From assembly GCF_016432865.1 (NCBI RefSeq), contig NC_067399.1, positions 569,966,001 through 570,030,000 of the forward strand: a stretch of DNA of 64,000 bases, written 5' to 3'. Shown piece by piece: positions 1 through 62,669 of the stretch. Each line of letters starts with the position of its first letter. The stretch's first letter is position 1. The notes beneath the pieces were generated by a model. That model saw nothing but the letters and a program-made list of their open reading frames with translations, did no database searches and was not told the DNA's origin. The translations under genes were made by a program, and so were the position numbers. The DNA is from Antechinus flavipes. Lineage: Eukaryota.

Positions 1-300
1 GAGAAGGCACATATGAAGTTATGAAAAACATTTCCATAATTCTCATAAAGTTTTAAAAAAGTATGCTTCAATCTCTATTCAGACACAATCAGTTCTTTGG
101 GTATGGATAGCATTTTTTTTTTTTAAATTTTAAGTTCTTCAGAGTAGTCTTGGATCATTGCATTGCTGAGAATAACAAAGTCATTGACAACTGATCATCC
201 CACAACATTGTACACAGTTCATTTCACTTTCCTTGAGCTCATGGAGGACTTTCCTGGTTTCTTTTGCAAGCAGTATCCCCTCAGTTTCCAATTCTTTCTT
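1..300 (-). mobile_element. L1 3' region relic
   Basis: Reverse complement resembles the marsupial L1 3' segment (ttctcagcaatgcaatgatccaagac). Confidence 0.6.
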
Positions 301-426
301 TCAGGGTTGTTGTAAGCATTAAACTAAATATGTGTAAAGCACTTAGTGCTGTGCCTGGCATATAAAAAGTGCTATATTAGTTCTTGTTCCCTCCCTCATC
401 CTACTTGATGTTGGTTAAGTGTAGAA

Positions 427-438
<12 letters not shown>

Positions 439-461
<23 letters not shown>

Positions 462-462
462 T
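439..462. repeat. (AT)12 microsatellite after an A-run
   Basis: Direct read. Confidence 0.95.
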
Positions 463-505
463 GGGACAACATAATGGTATGAATGATATTCGATCTCATT
501 TCTTT

Positions 506-663
506 CTTTCTTTCTTTTTTTTTTTTTTTTTGAGGCAAATGGGGTTAAGTGACTTGCTCAGGGTCACACATGCAGGAAGTAGAGTGTCTTGAGGCCATAT
601 TTCAACTCAGATCCTTCTGATTTCAGGGCTGGTGCGGTATCCACTACATCAACTAGCTGTCCC
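506..663 (-). mobile_element. WSINE1-like SINE
   Basis: T-tail then tgaggcaaatggggttaagtgacttgctcagggtcacac...aactagctgtccc; about 16-bp TSD with 2 mismatches at 490-505 and 664-679. Confidence 0.85.
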
Positions 664-699
664 TCTACCTCATTTCTTTTATATCATCTGGTTAAGTTG

Positions 700-2640
700 C
701 AAATGAGAAAAAATAAGGACATTTTCAAAATGAGACATAAAATAAACAAAATTAAAAACAAACAACCTGATTAATAAAAAACAAAGGACTGAAATGATCA
801 ATAAAACTGATAGCTATTAGCCAATTTAATGAAAGAGAGGGAAAAATTAAAATACTAGAATAAAAAAGAGAGAAGGAACAAATTACACTAAGAGAAATAA
901 AGAAGATTATCAACAAATATTTTTTTACTACATGATGCTATATTTGCACCAGCAATTTAAGGATGGAACAAGATTAGGAAGACAACTAGCATAATTGATC
1001 ACTTAACTATCAAAACAATAAAAACTTAGTGATCATATCAAGAAATGCAAAAAAGATTAAAAAAAAACATAGTCAATATAAAAATCAACAACAACCAACT
1101 AATCACATCTCAAACAAAGGAACCTAAGGATTTTTTCTAAATATGGTAAAAAGCATCTATCTGAAACTATAAAACACAAGAAAAAGAAATTAAAGGAATG
1201 AACACTGGCAAAAAGAGAATAAAGTATTTCTGTAGATATTATGATGATTTATGAAGAACAAAGACAATTAACAAACAAAATTAACTGAAACAAATACTTC
1301 TAGGAAATTAGAAGTAAATAAGATAAACTTTCAAAATCATTAGCATATTATACATTACAAATAAACCCCAGGAAAAAAGAAATACTACTTACAGCAGAAT
1401 ACAGTTAAATAGAAATACTATTTACAATAACAAAATGAATTAAAAGTTTTAAGTGTAAACCTATGAAGACACAATAAGATTTGCATAAATATTACCCCAA
1501 AACAATTTTTATGAAAAAGAACTAAATAATTGGAATTACTCAGTGTTCATAGCTTGGCCAGGCTAATATAAATAAAAAAGGACAAAACTACCCAAACTAG
1601 CTTATAAAATTAATAATGAGACTATCAAACCCCCGAAGGAATACATTATGAAACTGGATAAAATAAAGTGCACATGGAAAGATAAAATGTCAAGAACATC
1701 AGAGAAATAATATATCAGGAAAGAAAAAGGCTTATTATTATTTCAAAGTATTACAGTGTAGTAATTACCAAAATTATTTAGTACTGAAGAAAAAAGGAGA
1801 TCAGTAGAAAAGATTAGACAAGCAAAACCTAGAATAAAATGTGTAAGACAGTCTTTTGTTCTATATGTCCAAAAACATAAATTATTTGGGAAAAATTTCA
1901 TTATTCTCTCAAGACCATTGGGAAAACTATATAGTATTTTACTGAAAAAAAAAAAAAAGGAGCTAGGACAACATATTATACCACCTGCCACAAAAAATTC
2001 ACAATGGACCAAAGGTTTGTTACAAAAAAATACCATAAAAAAACCTTTTGAGAATAATAAGGTATGCTTTTCCTAATGGATATGGAAAAGAATAATCATT
2101 TTTTGATATAAAGAAAACCATGAGACATTTTGTTTAAAGATTTTATACAAATAAAGTCAATGCATCCAGAAAAGGAAAGGATGTAGACTGAAAAAATTAT
2201 ATTAAATATTTCTGAAAAAAGTCAGACAAAAAAATCTATTGTATAGATGGTTTCAACTGTAAAATGGGGATAATAGCAGCTAATTCTCAGGGCTGTTGTA
2301 AGAATCAAATGAGATAAAACTTGTACAGAGCTTAACACTATATAAGTACCTATATAAGTGCTTATTCCCTTATTTTCCCTGAAAAAAAAAAAAAAGAACA
2401 AGAGCTAGTCAATATTAGGTAAATAATCAAATAAGAACATGAACAGGCAGTTCATGAAAGAATAAACACAAATTATCAACAAATCATCCGAAAAGTAATA
2501 TGTAAAAAAGAATAACAACAAACATTTATTAAAATACACAAAGCATTATATCAATATAGAAAGACAAAAATAAATGGTACTCTCCTTAAGAAGCTAACAT
2601 TTTACTGGAGAGAGACAACATAGACACATACACATATAAA
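700..2640 (+). mobile_element. Highly degraded old L1 ORF2 relic
   Basis: A-rich strand with L1 ORF2-like islands; no intact ORF. Confidence 0.55.
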
Positions 2641-2834
2641 TTCGAAGTATTTACAAAGTAATCTTGAGAAGGGAGGAATGCAACAACTGAGGTGAGGGGA
2701 ATTTCAGGAAATGTCTTAAGTAGGAGGTAGTACTCGAAGGTAGTGCTTTGAAGGAAGTAAGGCATTCTGTGAAGTCAAAGAACATAGTGAATTCCAGATT
2801 TTTGCAGAGGTTTGGAGATGGAATGTTATATATA

Positions 2835-3050
2835 AAGAATAAGAGAATTTTGATCTGATTTTTCTTGTGCAGCATGATGAATATGGAAATATGTCTAGAA
2901 GAATTGCACATGTTTAACCTTGCTGTCTTGGGGAAAGGGAAGGAGGAAGAAAGGGGAGAAAAATTTGGAACAGAAGGTTTTGCAAAGATGAAGTTGAAAA
3001 TTATACTTGGAAAAATAAAATATTATAAAAAATTAAAAATGAAATAAAAA
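2835..3050 (+). mobile_element. L1 3' UTR end
   Basis: tttttcttgtgcagcatga...gaaaaatttggaacagaaggttttgcaaag...tgaaaattat motif, shared with 32400-32570. Confidence 0.7.
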
Positions 3051-4320
3051 AGAAAAAGAAGAAAATATGGGGTAAAAATGTTTTATACATGAAAGGCAAT
3101 GGCACATAGGTGGGAAATACAGTTCTTGTACATAGAACATGAAGTAAGCTGGTTTGGCTAGAATATAGACTGTATAGAGGAAAGAAAAATAAATCCTTCC
3201 AGGAAAAAAAAAACAAACAAAAAAAAGAATAATAAGTGAAGAAGAGTAATATGAAAAGAGATGAAGTAAGGGGAGCCAGATGGTTGAAGTCCTAGAATAT
3301 CAGGTTGAGGATTTTGCAGTTTATCCTAGGAGCAACAGGGAGTCATTGAAAGTTGTGAAAGGGGCTGACATAGCTAGATCCAGTTTAGGCCAGATCTACA
3401 TTAGGCAACCGTGTAAAGAATTGGATAAGATAGTCTGGAAGCAGAGTGAGCAATTAAGATTAAAAAAAAAATTAGTCTGGGTAAGACATGAGGACCTAAA
3501 TTAAAGTAGAGGCTGTGTGAATGGAAGTAGACAGAGGGAGAAATTATGAAGATAGCATGGCAAAAGATAGAAATTAGAAGTAAAAACAACTGTGAGAACT
3601 ACTTCACACCCAAACTGACAAAAGACAGTTAATGAAGACAAAATTCATTATTGGCAGAGAAGTGGGAAAAGAGACTTGCTAATTCATTGCTACTGGAACT
3701 ATGAAGTAGTTCCATCATTTCAGACAACAATGGTAAGTAAACTACAAATTCATACTCCTTAACCCATAAATCCCACTTTTAGGTTTGTGATTAAAGTAAG
3801 GTAGTGACAGAAAAAGACCTACTTGTAAAAAAAAAAAAAAAAACTTATAGTAGTACTATGTGTAATGTGAAAAACCTAATATTTGAATATTGGGGAATAA
3901 TTAAGTAAATGTGGTATATGAACATAATGGAACATTAATGCACTATAAAGAATGACACAGATGAATAAAAAAATAGGATGTTTATATGAAATAATGTAAA
4001 TCATAAAAAGAACCCAAGGAACAGTATAGAGATTAAATGCAACCATACATAGAAAATAACTTCAAACAGCAATAAGACATAGGAAATGATGCAGAGAATC
4101 TGCCTGTCATATACCAGTTATTTAATAAATGCTTGTCAACTTGATCTACTGGTAACAGAAGAATACAGTTGCAAGGACTAAAGTGTACTTTTTCTCCCCA
4201 TGCTTTGCTAGTTTTGGCTCTTTTTTGCTTTGTTTGGCTTTATCACTTATGATTTTACTTATACTGTCTGGCTCTCATTCATGGATGTATTTGAATGTTT
4301 GCATATATTTGAACATTAAT

Positions 4321-4503
4321 GGGCAGCTAATGGAAGTATCAAGTTTAGAAATCAGGACAGACTCATTTTCTTGAGTTTAAATCTGGCCTTAGACACTTAC
4401 TAGTTTTGTGACTCTGGCCATGTTTAACTTTTGTTCTAATCTCTTTGCCAAGAAAACCCCTGATAGGGTCACAAAGAGTTGGACATGACTGAAACTACAG
4501 AAC
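4321..4503 (+). mobile_element. MAR1-like CORE-SINE with RTE-derived tail
   Basis: gggcagctaatgg head; ctttgccaagaaaacccc...gggtcacaaagagttggacatgactgaa tail. Confidence 0.7.
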
Positions 4504-6089
4504 TTACAACTTACAAAACAAATTTAAGGTGGCAGTATTGAGATGTAATGGGCAGCTATTAAAATAGATGACTACTACATGTTGTTTCTAATCTCCCTGA
4601 TCCATGAAGTCTCACTCTGGTTTTTCTCAGCTCATCTAAGGAACAGAAAGGTAAACAGGATGTAAAGGTGTTAGTTAAGTGCCTTTCCATCAGGAGGAGG
4701 GAGGGAACCTCTAAAAGATGCTCAAATTGATACATTTTTAGGAAGATAAGAAATGACTGGTAGGTCCAGGGAGACATCTTTTCTAAACTGGAAGGATAGC
4801 TCCTGGCGGTTGAAAATAATTATGGATCACAAGCAGACAGGTAATAAGGTTGGGTTGCCTCTTCCCTCTAGGTGGGGAGTTCAGGGAGATATTATGGGGA
4901 AGACCAGACTGCTCTTCTGCCAGTGAAACAGTAGTATTTCTACCTGGGGGTGAGTTGTAGCCAAGTTGTAAATTGGGCTATAACATTAGAGGGTAGAAAG
5001 ATGCTCAATGCTCATCATTTTGGGTCCAAACACTTGATTTTATCAGTGTAGAGAATTTCTGATGTGGAAATCCTTTTAATGGAGATCTGCATGTCATTTT
5101 GGAGACTGCCCTGGACACTAGGGTGACTTAACTAGCAGTTACAATGATTGTGTTTATCAAAGGCAGGCCTTAAAACCAGTCTTTCCTGACTTTAAGTCAC
5201 TAAAACCCTGTGCCTATTTTAACTGAAGATAATAGCTTTCTAAGCAAAGAATTAAACATACCCCAAAGTTAGCTCACAAGATTTTTGCCAAAGAGACAGA
5301 AAGGCTAGATTTTGGTGTTACCTGATGACCTTAGCTTTCTTCAGGCAGGAAGCCTTTTTCTGAATAAGGAAAATAAGGTACACACAAAAAAATTTAGTAA
5401 TTTTCTTGGGATCATAACTGCTAAATGTCTGAGTTGGAACTAGAACACAGCTCATCTGATTTCAACTCTTTCTACTATATTATACCCAGGGATTCATGGG
5501 TTGGAGGGAGGACAGATATATTATCTTTTAGGATTCTAGAGAACAGAGAGGTCACATGTCTTTTGATCTAAGTAGCCAGGGTTTTAAAATTTTTAACATG
5601 GCTGGGAGATTAGAGTCCTGATGACAGTTTAATCAGCTTCTATACATAACATTTCATGGGAAGAGTAGCTAACAAGGTTCTACCAGATTACTATGTCAGA
5701 GGATTGTTGTAAGAAAGCCTAAGGTCTATGTTATATGCTATTATTAGTGAAAAAAACTGAAAAAAAAATTTATCCACTGAATTCCAAGACCAGGGAGACC
5801 AGTCTTTGAAATCAAGGAGATGGGGGTTGTGCCCTTGAGAATTTAATATCCCTAAACTTATTCTACTCTGAGATGGTTTACAGACAGCACTTGGGAATTT
5901 CATGGAGAGGAAATACTCTTCCTTTAGTACCTTTACACCAAGAGTTCTTAACTTAATTTTATCCTGGTCTTCTAAGAGTAATTTTAAATGCATTGGTTTC
6001 TTATAAGCTTATATGTTTATAATATACTTATTTGTATTATATATAGAAATATATACATATTTATAACACATACATATTTCTACGAAACC

Positions 6090-8460
6090 AATTATGTTGA
6101 AATACAAGGATCAAAATAAGCCACTAATGAAAGAATAAACACTTAGAATAGAAAAGGAAGAACATTAATAAAAATTTTATTGCACTATTAGCAATAGCAA
6201 AAAGAAATAGAAGGAATCAGAATAGGGAATGAGATAATAAAACTATCTCATTTTGTAGATGATATGATATACTTGGAAAATCATCTCAACCAAAAAATTA
6301 ATAATTTTAGCAAAATAGCAGAATATAAAGTAAGCCCACACAAATCATCAGCATTCTTAGAGGATTCTACAGGAAGAGAGAATTAGAGATCCCATTTAAA
6401 ATAACTCGAGATAGTATAAAATACCTGGGAATATCTCTAACAAAACAAATCCGGGATCTATATAAACAAAATTATTAAAAAAAAAAAAAAGCCTTTGTAC
6501 ACAAAAAAAATCAAATTTAAATTAGTGGAGAAATAGTAACCACTCATGGATAGGCAGGACCAATAAAAATGACAATTTTACCAAAATTAATCTATATATC
6601 CCAATAAATTATCAAAAATTATTTTACAAAGCTAGAAAAAATAATTCATTTGGAAGAACAAAAGGTTAAAAATATGAAAGGAACTAATGGAAAAAAATGT
6701 CAAGGAAGTAAGTTTGTCGGTACCAGATCTTAAATGAATATAGTTATCCATTATTTGACAAGTATAAAGATTGAGTTTTAGGGATAAGAATTACCATTTG
6801 GTAAAAATTGTTGAGAAAAATGGAAAGTATCTGGCAGAAATATCTTATACTATTTACCAACATAAGTTCAAAATGGATGCATGACCTGGATAAAAAAGGA
6901 AATATTACAAGAAAATCTGAAGAACTAGGAGCTTATTATCCATCAGACTAATGGACAGGTGAACAGTTTACAAACAAACGAGATAAGAATGTTGCGAGAT
7001 GTAAAATGTATAATTTTGAAGACATTAAATTAAAAAGTTTCTGCACAAATAAACAAATATGGCCAAGACTGGAAGGAAAGCAGGAAAATGGGGGAAAAAT
7101 TTTTTAGACAGTTCTTCAGATAAAGGTCTCATATCTAAAATATATAAAGAACTTTGTCAAATCTATAAGAATGCATGTCATTCCCTAATTGATAGTCAAA
7201 GGATATAAATAGGCAGTTTCCTGATAAACAGATAAAAACAATTTAATCATATGGAAAAATGTTCTAAATCATGATTAGAAAAATGCAGTCAGCTAGATGG
7301 TGCAGTGGATAGGGTACTGACCCTGAAGTCAAGAGGACTCAAGTTAAAAATCCAGCCTCAGATATTTAATACTTCCTAGCTGTGTGACCCTGGGCAAGTC
7401 GTTTAACCCCAAATGCCTCAGGGGGAAAAAAAAAGCAAATTAAAACATCCTTGAATATCATTTTACACCTATTAGGCTAAAATGATAGAAGGGAAAAATG
7501 ACAAATATTAGAGGGAATATGGAAAAATTGGGACTATAATTCACTATGAACTGATCCAGCCATTTAGTAGTGAGATGGCCCAAAGAGAAGTTATTAAGCT
7601 GCTTATAACCTTTGCCCCAGCAATAACAGTATTAGGTTTATTTCCCAAGATGATTAGGGAAAATGGAAAAGAACCTACATGTTCTAAACTATTGAAAGCA
7701 GTTCTCTGTGGTGGCAAAGAATTGGAAATTGAGGATGACCATCAATTGGAGAATAGCTAAACAAATTACGATATATGTTCATGATGGAATAGTACTCTTC
7801 TATAACAGAAATTAGTTTTATGATTTTAGTAAAGCACGCAGAAACTGCCACAAAATAATTAATAAAACAAGCAGAACCAAGAGAACAGTACAGTACAGTA
7901 ACAGCAGTATTGTTTTAAGAACAATTTTGGGCAACCAAATCATTCCTACAATTATAGTCAATGACAAATTAACCTCAAAGATCCTCTGAAGGAAGATACT
8001 GTTTGAATCCAGAGAGGAATTTTGCTGTAGTGTAGGAAATGAGTTGATTTAGAAAAACAAGGAATGACTCTGACTAATGAAGGAAGATGCTATCTACTTT
8101 CAGAGAAACAGGGGATCGGAGGAACTATATGATCTTACATATATGTATGAGTATATATGTATACATTTAGTTATCTATATCTAGGGGTGTGTGTGTGTGT
8201 GTGTATTCATGTTTAATTGTAGCCTTCTTTAGGGTAAAATAGGAGGAGAGGGGAAAAAATATAAAGAGCATAGCAGAGAACAAAAGAAAACCAACAAGGA
8301 AGCTTTCTTTGAAAACAGTGTATAGCATTTATTATATAGGTTTTCTTGAAATGGAAATTTGTTTTGTATTGAATCCCTGTTGTGGTCTGCTATATATAGG
8401 GCCAGGTTTTCTTTTCTTTTCTAATTTTTTTATTTAAGTGTAAAATTAAAAAAAAAAAAA
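6090..8460 (+). mobile_element. L1 ORF2 3' half, 3' UTR and A-tail (6491 onward duplicated up to 10441)
   Basis: L1 RT-region relic (tttgtagatgatatgat, FVDDM) through the 3' UTR and terminal A-run. Confidence 0.75.
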
Positions 8461-10441
8461 GCCTTTGTACACAAAAAAAATCAAATTTAAATTAGTGGAG
8501 AAATAGTAACCACTCATGGATAGGCAGGACCAATAAAAATGACAATTTTACCAAAATTAATCTATATATCCCAATAAATTATCAAAAATTATTTTACAAA
8601 GCTAGAAAAAATAATTCATTTGGAAGAACAAAAGGTTAAAAATATGAAAGGAACTAATGGAAAAAAATGTCAAGGAAGTAAGTTTGTCGGTACCAGATCT
8701 TAAATGAATATAGTTATCCATTATTTGACAAGTATAAAGATTGAGTTTTAGGGATAAGAATTACCATTTGGTAAAAATTGTTGAGAAAAATGGAAAGTAT
8801 CTGGCAGAAATATCTTATACTATTTACCAACATAAGTTCAAAATGGATGCATGACCTGGATAAAAAAGGAAATATTACAAGAAAATCTGAAGAACTAGGA
8901 GCTTATTATCCATCAGACTAATGGACAGGTGAACAGTTTACAAACAAACGAGATAAGAATGTTGCGAGATGTAAAATGTATAATTTTGAAGACATTAAAT
9001 TAAAAAGTTTCTGCACAAATAAACAAATATGGCCAAGACTGGAAGGAAAGCAGGAAAATGGGGGAAAAATTTTTTAGACAGTTCTTCAGATAAAGGTCTC
9101 ATATCTAAAATATATAAAGAACTTTGTCAAATCTATAAGAATGCATGTCATTCCCTAATTGATAGTCAAAGGATATAAATAGGCAGTTTCCTGATAAACA
9201 GATAAAAACAATTTAATCATATGGAAAAATGTTCTAAATCATGATTAGAAAAATGCAGTCAGCTAGATGGTGCAGTGGATAGGGTACTGACCCTGAAGTC
9301 AAGAGGACTCAAGTTAAAAATCCAGCCTCAGATATTTAATACTTCCTAGCTGTGTGACCCTGGGCAAGTCATTTAACCCCAAATGCCTCAGGGGGAAAAA
9401 AAAAAAAAGCAAATTAAAACATCCTTGAATATCATTTTACACCTATTAGGCTAAAATGATAGAAGGGAAAAATGACAAATATTAGAGGGAATATGGAAAA
9501 ATTGGGACTATAATTCACTATGAACTGATCCAGCCATTTAGTAGTGAGATGGCCCAAAGAGAAGTTATTAAGCTGCTTATAACCTTTGCCCCAGCAATAA
9601 CAGTATTAGGTTTATTTCCCAAGATGATTAGGGAAAATGGAAAAGAACCTACATGTTCTAAACTATTGAAAGCAGTTCTCTGTGGTGGCAAAGAATTGGA
9701 AATTGAGGATGACCATCAATTGGAGAATAGCTAAACAAATTACGATATATGTTCATGATGGAATAGTACTCTTCTATAACAGAAATTAGTTCTATGATTT
9801 TAGTAAAGCAGGCAGAAACTGCCACAAAATAATTAATAAAACAAGCAGAACCAAGAGAACAGTACAGTACAGTAACAGCAGTATTGTTTTAAGAACAATT
9901 TTGGGCAACCAAATCATTCCTACAATTATAGTCAATGACAAATTAACCTCAAAGATCCTCTGAAGGAAGATACTGTTTGAATCCAGAGAGGAATTTTGCT
10001 GTAGTGTAGGAAATGAGTTGATTTAGAAAAACAAGGAATGACTCTGACTAATGAAGGAAGATGCTATCTACTTTCAGAGAAACAGGGGATCGGAGGAACT
10101 ATACATAGTATGATCTTACATATATGTATGAGTATATATGTATACATTTAGTTATCTATATCTAGGGGTGTGTGTGTGTGTGTGTATTCATGTTTAATTG
10201 TAGCCTTCTTTAGGGTAAAATAGGAGGAGAGGGGAAAAAATATAAAGAGCATAGCAGGGAACAAAAGAAAACCAACAAGGAAGCTTTCTTTGAAAACAGT
10301 GTATAGCATTTATTATATAGGTTTTCTTGAAATGGAAATTTGTTTTGTATTGAATCCCTGTTGTGGTCTGCTATATATAGGGCCAGGTTTTCTTTTCTTT
10401 TCTAATTTTTTTATTTAAGTGTAAAATTAAAAAAAAAAAAA
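6491..10441. repeat. Direct tandem duplication with units 6491-8460 (1970 bp) and 8461-10441 (1981 bp)
   Basis: Base-for-base match by eye apart from 4 substitutions and 2 indels; identical 61-aa ORFs at 7575 and 9549. Confidence 0.97.
7288..7434 (+). mobile_element. WSINE1-like SINE nested in L1 (second copy at about 9258-9408)
   Basis: cagctagatggtgcagtggatag...aaatgcctcag followed by an A-tail; interrupts L1 at gaaaaatgca/aattaaaac. Confidence 0.8.
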
Positions 10442-10599
10442 GACAAAACAAACACCGGAGACCAGTAGTCATGAGTCCCGAGTTCTAATACTGCCTAGCC
10501 TTGACATGGGATAGCTACTCCTGGGACAAATCTTGAACTCCTGTTTTCCTCTCTTTAAAAAAACTGGGGCAGAAGCTTCAGGTTTCCCTGGGCAAGAAC

Positions 10600-11740
10600 C
10601 CTCCACAAATATAATGGCCTACCAAAAAAAATTAAGTAAAACCAACAATGAATAGAGCAAAGTAAAATTATCCTTAAAAAGGGGATGGGGAGGGGAACAA
10701 TGAAGCATAAGCAGAAAGGGAAAAAAGAATTTAGAATTAATCATTTCTGACGGAGGAAAAAAGAAGAATTAGTTAATAAAAATAAATAAGTAAAACTCCC
10801 AACTGGAGAAAGATGTAGCAAAAACAAGAGGGATGAAGAGGTGAAGGGAAAAAGAGACTCTATGGGAATATGGGACACATCAAAGTAGTGTCTTTGATTT
10901 TAGGGACAAAGTCCTTACTTAAGAGGAACCCAAAATTTAAAAAAAAATCCAAATTAAAACTAGTATAAGAAATAGAAATAGGAAAAAAAACCACAAATTT
11001 AAGTCTTATGCTTTTAAATATGAATGGATTAAATAAGAAAATAGATGGATAAGAACACAAACCACTACAATCTGTTGCCTACAAGGAAAGCAACTAAAAA
11101 GTAGACATACTTAAAATGAAAATGGAGCTGGAATAAAACTTGATATGCACCAGGTAAATTTAAAGAAGCAGGAGTTCTAAGTATGATTTCAGACAATGTA
11201 AAAATAAAATTTTATGATACAAATTGAAATGAACAAGGAAATTGAATTATGTTTAAATGAACGCTACACAATGAATTAAAAATTATTTAAAACATGTTAC
11301 AAATGACACAGCACCTAAAATCATAAAAGTAAACATTAAATTGAAAAAAGATAGACAATAAAAACAATAGATTTTAACATTCTTTTTACAGTTAGACAAA
11401 ATTAAAAAAGATAAATTAAAGGAAATGTATAGAATAGAACAAATTATTGGAGAAATTAAAACTTAATGATGTACAATGCTTCTAAATGAGAACCACTAAA
11501 GAATTTAACTATTTTTTTAAGCCTCACAAAGAACTAAAAAACAAAACAAAACAAAACTGATCATGTGTTAGGGTGCAGAGAAATTGCAAATAAATATAAG
11601 AAGGCAAATATATCAAACATGTCTTTTACAGACAAAAATGCAGGAAAAATAAGAATTAATTCAAATAAGTAAAAGAGAAGATATTTTGTACTTGGGGAAG
11701 CAGGGAGTATTAATTTTTAGACACCATAAATTTAAAAAGA
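10600..11740 (+). mobile_element. Degraded L1 endonuclease-region relic
   Basis: ttaaatatgaatggattaaat (LNMNGLN) and atctgttgcctacaag (ICCLQ) match L1 EN motifs. Confidence 0.65.
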
Positions 11741-11880
11741 TGAAATGATGGCACCCAGTAGATAGTCAGTGGTACTAGAGCTTCAGAGAAGGATCAGGGC
11801 TAGAAACTTGTTGGGGAAACCCATGTATTTGCAGTACCTCTGAAAAGGGAAACCAGAGCAACCACAGGATTTTAGAAAAC

Positions 11881-11886
11881 TTTATT
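11881..11886 (-). terminator. Probable BLM polyadenylation signal AATAAA (3' UTR about 270 nt)
   Basis: TTTATT on the + strand 253 nt downstream of the stop codon, followed on the minus strand by T-rich then GT-rich sequence. Confidence 0.6.
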
Positions 11887-12138
11887 TGCTACAGATTATT
11901 TTGAACAATGGCCATGGTACATATAATAACAGTAAACCATGAGTATCTGAAAGAAGTGTCTGTTTTTACCCCACAAAAGATCCAAAATAACTGAAAAGAT
12001 CTCTAAAGTTTAAATAACATATACTTTATCAAAAATAAAATTCACAAGCTGAAGTATAGCACAATTATTGTTATAGTCAGTGCAGGTCAGATGATGACAG
12101 ATACAAAAATATGAACTATGCACATTTGTATTTGATTG

Positions 12139-62393
<50,255 letters not shown>

Positions 62394-62669
62394 AATTCTA
62401 TGTGGAGAGAAAAAAGTGATATCCAGTTATTCGACTTTTATCACAATATTTGTAAGGAGGGAAAGAACACAAATAAGAACTATCGACACCCCAAATCCAA
62501 TATTTCAAAAGTGTTCAGGATATATACTTTTTTTTTTAGTGTTATGGAATTAAAATATGGTAATGTTTGTGCAAAAAATACACTGTAAACTTTAAAATGC
62601 AAAACATTACTCATTCACTAATGTCCTATTCTGATATCTCATTATGGTATACAGCAAGATTAGAACCTA

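Noticed and set aside
7575-9734. Two identical 61-aa ORFs
   Set aside because: They are L1 ORF2 C-terminal remnants copied by the tandem duplication, not genes.
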